Origin: an uncultured Chloroflexia bacterium
GTDB lineage: Bacteria > Chloroflexota > Limnocylindria > Limnocylindrales > CSP1-4
Length of the DNA: 64,000 nucleotides
Direction of reading: 5' to 3'
Assembly: GCA_963720825.1 (NCBI GenBank)
Contig: CAVRGY010000012.1
Coordinates: forward strand, 263 to 64,262
Every line of letters begins with the position of its first letter. Within the stretch, counting starts at the first letter, position 1. Made by a program: the position numbers and the translations under genes. Below are positions 59,050-64,000 of this stretch, one piece after another. The notes under the pieces are model-generated. The model did not search any database. It was not told the origin of the DNA and saw only the letters and a list, made by a program, of their open reading frames with translations.

Positions 59050-60288
59050 TCAGCGCCGGCGCAGGAAGCTCGGGATCTCGAGATCCTCCGCGTCGTAGGA
59101 GGGACGGCGCGCGGGCTGGTCGCCGACGGTCCGCTCGGGGCGGACCAGCGCGGCCAGGCCTTCGTCGCGGATCGGAGCCGACGGGCGATCGTCGGTGTCG
59201 GTCCGCTGGCGCTCGAGATCCTCGAGGTAGTCCCTCGACGGGATGGTCGCACCCGCAGCGGCGGCCGGTGCCGAGCGCACGCCAACTGCCGACGTCGTCC
59301 GCTCTGACGCGGCGGCGCGTGCGCTCTCCGGGCGCCGCCGCCCGTCGAAGCCGGTCGCGATGACCGTGATCATCACCTCTTCGCCCAGGCGCTCGTTGAA
59401 GCTGGTGCCGAAGATGATGTTGGCCTCCGGGTCCGCGGCAGCCCGGATCTCCTCGGCGGCCTCGGTCACCTCCCACAGGGTGAGGTTCGAGGACCCGGTG
59501 ATGTTGAACAGGATGCCCTGCGCGCCGGCGATGTTGATCTCGAGCAGCGGGCTGGCCACCGCCTCGCGCGCGGCCTCGAGCGCCCGGTTCTCGCCCGCGG
59601 CGCGGCCGATGCCCATCAGGGCCGACCCGGCATCCTTCATGATCGCCCGCACGTCGGCGAAGTCGAGGTTGATCAGCCCGGGCACGGTGATGATGTCGCT
59701 GATCCCCGCCACGCCCTGGCGCAGCACGTCGTCGACGACGCGGAACGCATCGACGATCGAGGTGTTCTTCTGGACGACGTCGCGCAGGCGATCGTTGGGG
59801 ATCGTGATCAGGGTGTCGACCTTGGCCTTGAGCTCCTCGGCGGCTCGCTCCGCGACGAGCTTGCGCCGGCTGCCCTCGAAGCTGAACGGCTTGGTGACCA
59901 CGCCGATCGTGAGCGCTCCCTGCTCCTTGGCGATCTCGGCGACCACGGGGGCGGCGCCCGAACCTGTCCCGCCGCCCAGGCCCGCGGTGATGAACACCAT
60001 GTCGGAATCCGCGATGGCTTCGGCGATCTTGTCGCGATCCTCCTCCGCAGCCCGCTGCCCGATCGCGGCGTCACCGCCGGCCCCCAGGCCGCGGGTGATC
60101 TTGTCGCCGATCCGGATCTTGTGCGGGGCGTCCGACTGGAGCAGCGCCTGCGCATCCGTGTTGCAGGCGATGAACTCCACGCCCATCATCTCGGCCCGGA
60201 TCATCCGGTTCACGGCGTTGCTCCCGCCGCCACCGACACCGATGACGCGGATGAGGGCGAAGTTCTCGGAATCCGAACGCAGCGGCAT
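59050..60288 (-). CDS. ftsZ: Cell division protein FtsZ
   Basis: [24 protein letters not shown] tubulin signature, INLDFADV, C-terminal [10 protein letters not shown]. Confidence 0.98.
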   Translation of the reverse strand: MPLRSDSENFALIRVIGVGGGGSNAVNRMIRAEMMGVEFIACNTDAQALLQSDAPHKIRIGDKITRGLGAGGDAAIGQRAAEEDRDKIAEAIADSDMVFITAGLGGGTGSGAAPVVAEIAKEQGALTIGVVTKPFSFEGSRRKLVAERAAEELKAKVDTLITIPNDRLRDVVQKNTSIVDAFRVVDDVLRQGVAGISDIITVPGLINLDFADVRAIMKDAGSALMGIGRAAGENRALEAAREAVASPLLEINIAGAQGILFNITGSSNLTLWEVTEAAEEIRAAADPEANIIFGTSFNERLGEEVMITVIATGFDGRRRPESARAAASERTTSAVGVRSAPAAAAGATIPSRDYLEDLERQRTDTDDRPSAPIRDEGLAALVRPERTVGDQPARRPSYDAEDLEIPSFLRRR

Positions 60289-60399
60289 CGGGCGCTCTCC
60301 TAGGTGGCGCGGGGTATGGCGACAGGACGGGTTACCGCTCGTCCCCGTGGTGCCGGTCCCGGTTTCCGGCGCCGCTTCGGGTCCCTCGGGCTTGGCCGG

Positions 60400-60405
60400 A
60401 GTATA
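60400..60405 (-). promoter_or_regulatory. Putative -10 box of a dedicated ftsZ promoter
   Basis: TATACT on the minus strand in the 212-nt yjbQ-ftsZ gap. Confidence 0.45.
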
Positions 60406-60500
60406 CCCGCGGATGTGCCCGCGTGAGCCACGGAGTTCCCGCGATCGCGCCGGTTCACCGCCCGCCGCGGCGCCCCGAACGGCGAACGATCACCGCGGCC

Positions 60501-60914
60501 CTACCCGCCGACGAAGCTCAGGCGGACGTGCCGCGTCGCGTTGTCCGCGTTGGGGTCCACCAGCGCGACGGACTGCCACGTCCCCAGCGCGAGCGAACCG
60601 GCAATCACCGGGATGGTCAGCGACGGCCCCGCCAGCAGCGGCAGGACGTGGTCGGCCCCGTGACCCGGCGAGCCGTGGCGGTGCGTCCAGCGGTCGTCTC
60701 GGGGAAGCAGCCGGTCGAGCGCGCGCATCGCGTCCTCCTCGGACCCAGCCCCGAGCTCGAGGATCACGAGACCGGCCGTGGCGTGGGGCACGAACACCGA
60801 CAGCAGCCCGTCGGCGCCGTCCGATGCATCGGCGGCAAACCGGGCGCACGCCGGGGTCAGATCCGTGAGGCCGCGGTCCCGCCCGGTCCGGACCTCGAGC
60901 TCGACCGTGCGCAC
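60501..60914 (-). CDS. YjbQ (UPF0047, secondary thiamine-phosphate synthase) family protein
   Basis: FVPHATAG, HRHGSPGHGADH, LGTWQSV. Confidence 0.88.
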   Translation of the reverse strand: MRTVELEVRTGRDRGLTDLTPACARFAADASDGADGLLSVFVPHATAGLVILELGAGSEEDAMRALDRLLPRDDRWTHRHGSPGHGADHVLPLLAGPSLTIPVIAGSLALGTWQSVALVDPNADNATRHVRLSFVGG

Positions 60915-60924
60915 CGCGCCCGGC

Positions 60925-62154
60925 CTACGGGAAGATGCTGCGGATCGCGTCCCGGATCCGGCCCAGCCCACCCCCACCAGGCGCCGACTCGTAGCGCGCG
61001 GGCTCGTCCATCGTCAGCGTCGCCGCGCCCCAGCGAAGGAGCCCCACCGCGGTCGCGTACGAGGGATCCTGGATCGTGTCGACCAGCCCGCCAATCCCGG
61101 ACGGACCCGCCACGCGGACGGGCATCTGGAGCACATCGCGGCCGAGCTCGGCCGTGCCCGCCAGCTGGGCGCCACCGCCGGTCAGGATGATCCCGGCCGG
61201 GAGCATGCCGTGACCGCTGCGGGTCATCTCCGCGTGCAGCAGCTCGAACGTCTCGCGCATCCGGGCCTCGATGATCCGGCACAGCTCCTCGCGGCTGATC
61301 GTCCGGCCTGCCTCCTCGCCCAGGACCGAGACGCCGATCTGCTCGTCCTCGAGCTCGCGCAGGTCGCAGGTCCCATGACGGATCTTGAGCTCCTCCGCGA
61401 TCTGGAGCGTGGTCTTGATCCCGATCGCGATGTCGTTGGTGACGTTGTTGCCGCCCACCGGGAGCACCGAGGTGTGGAGCGGCGAGCCGTCCGCGAACAG
61501 CGCCAGGTCGATGGTGCCCGCCCCGATGTCCGCGACCGCGACGCCCAGCTCCTTCTCGGTCTCGGTCAGGACGGCCTCCGCCGATGCCAGCGCGTCGACC
61601 ACGAGCTCGTCGATCTTGACGCCGGCAGCCTGCACGCACTTGCTCAGGTTCTGGACCGCCGTCGCGGAGGCGGACACGATGTGGGCCTCGACCTCGAGCC
61701 GCAGGGCGCTCATGCCGAGCGGGTCCTTGACCCCCTCCTGGCCGTCGACGGTGAAGTCGCGGCGCTGGACGTGGAGGACCTCGCGGTTGGACGGGATCGA
61801 GACCGCACGCGCGACCTCGATCGCGCGGTTGATGTCCTCGCGGGTGACCTCGCGATGGTGGGCGGTGACCGCCACCTGGCCCGTCGAGTTGAGGCTCTCG
61901 ACGTTGCCGCCGCCGACACCGACGAACGCGCGGTCGATCTTCCAGCCCGACAGGCGCTCCGACCGCTCCACCGCGTCGGCGATGGACCGCACGGTCTGGT
62001 CGATGTTGACGACGACGCCCTTCTTGAGGCCGGACGACGGCACGGTGCCATGGCCCATGATCGTCAGGCGGCCATCCCGGCTGATCTCGCCGATGAGCGC
62101 GCAGACCTTGGACGTGCCGACGTCGATGCCGACGAGAACCGCTTCCCGTTCCAC
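60925..62154 (-). CDS. ftsA: Cell division protein FtsA
   Basis: GIDVGTSKV, GLKKGVVVNI, PLGMSALRLE, DIGAGT, GGNNVTNDI, AEELK, LTGGGA, YATAVGL. Confidence 0.96.
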   Translation of the reverse strand: MEREAVLVGIDVGTSKVCALIGEISRDGRLTIMGHGTVPSSGLKKGVVVNIDQTVRSIADAVERSERLSGWKIDRAFVGVGGGNVESLNSTGQVAVTAHHREVTREDINRAIEVARAVSIPSNREVLHVQRRDFTVDGQEGVKDPLGMSALRLEVEAHIVSASATAVQNLSKCVQAAGVKIDELVVDALASAEAVLTETEKELGVAVADIGAGTIDLALFADGSPLHTSVLPVGGNNVTNDIAIGIKTTLQIAEELKIRHGTCDLRELEDEQIGVSVLGEEAGRTISREELCRIIEARMRETFELLHAEMTRSGHGMLPAGIILTGGGAQLAGTAELGRDVLQMPVRVAGPSGIGGLVDTIQDPSYATAVGLLRWGAATLTMDEPARYESAPGGGGLGRIRDAIRSIFP

Positions 62155-62211
62155 CTGCCTGTCGTCCCTCGCTGTCGTGGCGGCTCGCGGTCTGCGAGCC
62201 TCGGCATGTCG

Positions 62212-62535
62212 CTAGATGAAGTGTCGCCGGATGAGCGCAACGTTGTTGAAGATCCGGAACCCGAAGTTGATGAGCGCGACGAGATAGAGATCGAGGCTCA
62301 ACCGGTCCCCGATGAAGGTGAGCAGCACGGCCACGATCGCGTTCGTGACGAAACCGCTGATGAAGATCCGATTGTCGTAGACACCGTCGAGCTCCGCCCG
62401 CACCGCGCCGAGCACCGAATCGAGCGCGGCGAGGATCGCGACGGCGGAGTAGCGCGAGAACTCGAAGCTGACGTTGACATTGAGGATGAGCCCCGCCAGC
62501 ACGCCGACGAGGAGACCCACGAGGGGCAGGAGCAC
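62212..62535 (-). CDS. Small basic protein (Sbp/DUF1290) family membrane protein
   Basis: YSAVAILAALDSVLGAVRA...IFISGF...GDRL...RIFNNVALIRR; dcw context. Confidence 0.88.
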   Translation of the reverse strand: MLLPLVGLLVGVLAGLILNVNVSFEFSRYSAVAILAALDSVLGAVRAELDGVYDNRIFISGFVTNAIVAVLLTFIGDRLSLDLYLVALINFGFRIFNNVALIRRHFI

Positions 62536-62630
62536 GAGCGGGCAGCCTCCGGCCGGAAGTACGTTCCCGTAACGCTACCAGACCCCCGCCCGATCGGACG
62601 CGTCGCCGGTGCGGCGCGGCTCGCAGCCGC

Positions 62631-63542
62631 TCACGGCTTGGCCGTCGACGACGGGGAGGGCGTCGGCCGCGGGACGTAGGTCCCGCTGTGGTCGTCGGCG
62701 AGGACGATCCGCAGGACCGTGTCCTCGCGATCCAGGAGGAGGCTCCGGAGCAGCCGCACCTGGCCGGCGATGAGGTCGGTCGTGCGCAGGGTCGGCGTGT
62801 AGAACCCGAACACCGCGGTCCAGCCGACGGGCTCGGCCGTGACCGTGAACCCGTCCGTGTCGTCGATCCGGATGACCAGGCGCGATGCCGAGCTGCCGAC
62901 GTCGGCCGGGGTCAGCGAGCCGATCCGGAGGGCGGCGTCGAGTGACACCGCATCGAGCGAGTCGCCCACGTCCAGGTGCGCTGACCCGAGGCGCTGGTCG
63001 TCGACCACGGGCAGCCGGGCGCCGGACGGGCCGGCGTCGGGCAGCTCGCCGAACAGGAACCCGGTGCCATCGACGAGGAGCTCGCGGGGGCCCGCCTTCC
63101 AGGCCAGCAGCGCGACGCGCTCGCTGACCGTGACCCGGAGCGTGTCGGGCAGCGCGACCTCGACCCGAGCGGTCCGGACCGCGGGAATGGCCTCGACCCG
63201 CCGCGCCAGCTCGCTGGTGCTGACGGCGAACAGGTTCTGGCCGGGAGGGATCGCGAGGGCCGCCTCGAGCTCGCTCGCCGGGGTCCACGTCGCACCGCTG
63301 AGCTCGGTGCGGCTGATCGCGAACGCATCCGACGTCGCCGCGCCGAAGATGCCGGCCATCGCCGCGAGCATCACCAGCAGCGCGCCGGCCCGCGTCGGCG
63401 TCAGGCCGGCGGATGCCCTGCGCACCCGGCGGGTCTGCCGCGGCCGGCCTCCGGGGTGGGCGCCGGGTCGCAGCGCCGACGGCCGCCGGACCTGGCGGCC
63501 CATCGGCGATCCTCGTCCACCGGATCGGCGCGGGCCGGTCAT
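62631..63542 (-). CDS. ftsQ: Cell division protein FtsQ/DivIB
   Basis: Basic cytoplasmic N-terminus, single TM helix, POTRA-like GQNLF...IPAVRTARVEVALPDTLRVTVSER; sits between ddl and ftsA. Confidence 0.85.
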   Translation of the reverse strand: MTGPRRSGGRGSPMGRQVRRPSALRPGAHPGGRPRQTRRVRRASAGLTPTRAGALLVMLAAMAGIFGAATSDAFAISRTELSGATWTPASELEAALAIPPGQNLFAVSTSELARRVEAIPAVRTARVEVALPDTLRVTVSERVALLAWKAGPRELLVDGTGFLFGELPDAGPSGARLPVVDDQRLGSAHLDVGDSLDAVSLDAALRIGSLTPADVGSSASRLVIRIDDTDGFTVTAEPVGWTAVFGFYTPTLRTTDLIAGQVRLLRSLLLDREDTVLRIVLADDHSGTYVPRPTPSPSSTAKP

Positions 63543-64000
63543 CGCGGCAGGTCGGCCGGTTCCAGCCGGTGCCGGACGCGGCCCGCATGGCGCTCGATCG
63601 CGAGGTCGACGATCCGGCCGCACACGGCGCCGAAGTCGTAGCCGGCCTCGGACGGGAGCGTCGGGAACAGGCTGATCGGCGTGAACCCGGGGATCGTGTT
63701 GATCTCGGACACGACCAGCTCCTCGCCGGCCAGCAGGAAGTCGATCCGCGCGAAGCCCTTGCAGCCGACGGCCCGATAGGTGTCCCGGGCCAGCTTGAGC
63801 AGCGTCGCGCGCTGCATCGGCGTGACCTCGGCTCGCGTGGTCTGGGACAGGCCCGGCGTGTACTTCGAGGCGTAGTCGTAGAACTCGTGGCCGGCCATGA
63901 TCTCGCCCGGGCCGTAGATCTCGATGCGGTCGGGATCGTTGCCCAGGACCGATACCTCGAGGTCGCGCGCGCCCGCAAGGTACCGCTCGGCCAGCGCGAC
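63539..64000 (-). CDS. ddl: D-alanine--D-alanine ligase (5' part outside window)
   Basis: FYDYASKY, GCKGFARIDF, SEINTIPGFTPISLFP. Confidence 0.93.
   Translation of the reverse strand, partial: VALAERYLAGARDLEVSVLGNDPDRIEIYGPGEIMAGHEFYDYASKYTPGLSQTTRAEVTPMQRATLLKLARDTYRAVGCKGFARIDFLLAGEELVVSEINTIPGFTPISLFPTLPSEAGYDFGAVCGRIVDLAIERHAGRVRHRLEPADLPR

Overview
High-GC bacterial chromosome segment, probably Chloroflexota (Limnocylindria/Ellin6529-like; inferred from gene content and style, not a database result). It is mostly housekeeping genes on the minus strand. In order: gatA(partial)-gatC, a polar amino-acid ABC transporter, an FAD oxidoreductase, ligA, an alpha-hydroxy-acid oxidase, pcrA, groES-groEL (sigma70 promoter plus CIRCE), a Crp regulator/GGDEF pair, tatD-metG and a large purine cluster (purA-D-B-C-S-Q-L-F-M-N/H). 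Next come a small accessory/scar region (gene fragments, USP-like gene, ssb, APH-family kinase), rsmI, a two-gene NAD synthetase, an Opp/Dpp operon with an extra binding protein, gcvT-H-PA-PB, a NUDIX hydrolase, a DUF2520 protein, acnA, tRNA-Val(CAC), and the end of the dcw cluster (ddl-ftsQ-sbp-ftsA-yjbQ-ftsZ-yggS-yggT-DUF167). I found no CRISPR array, integrase, transposase or defence system. Several conserved genes carry single-base insertions that look like assembly errors. The most notable observations are a circularly permuted, Cys-rich family-5 substrate-binding lipoprotein, a ~200-nt structured leader with a uORF and terminator-like hairpin ahead of the purine cluster, a MetRS whose HIGH motif reads GLHT, a PurN-PurH fusion, a displaced diverged copy of part of rsmI, and many apparently leaderless genes.
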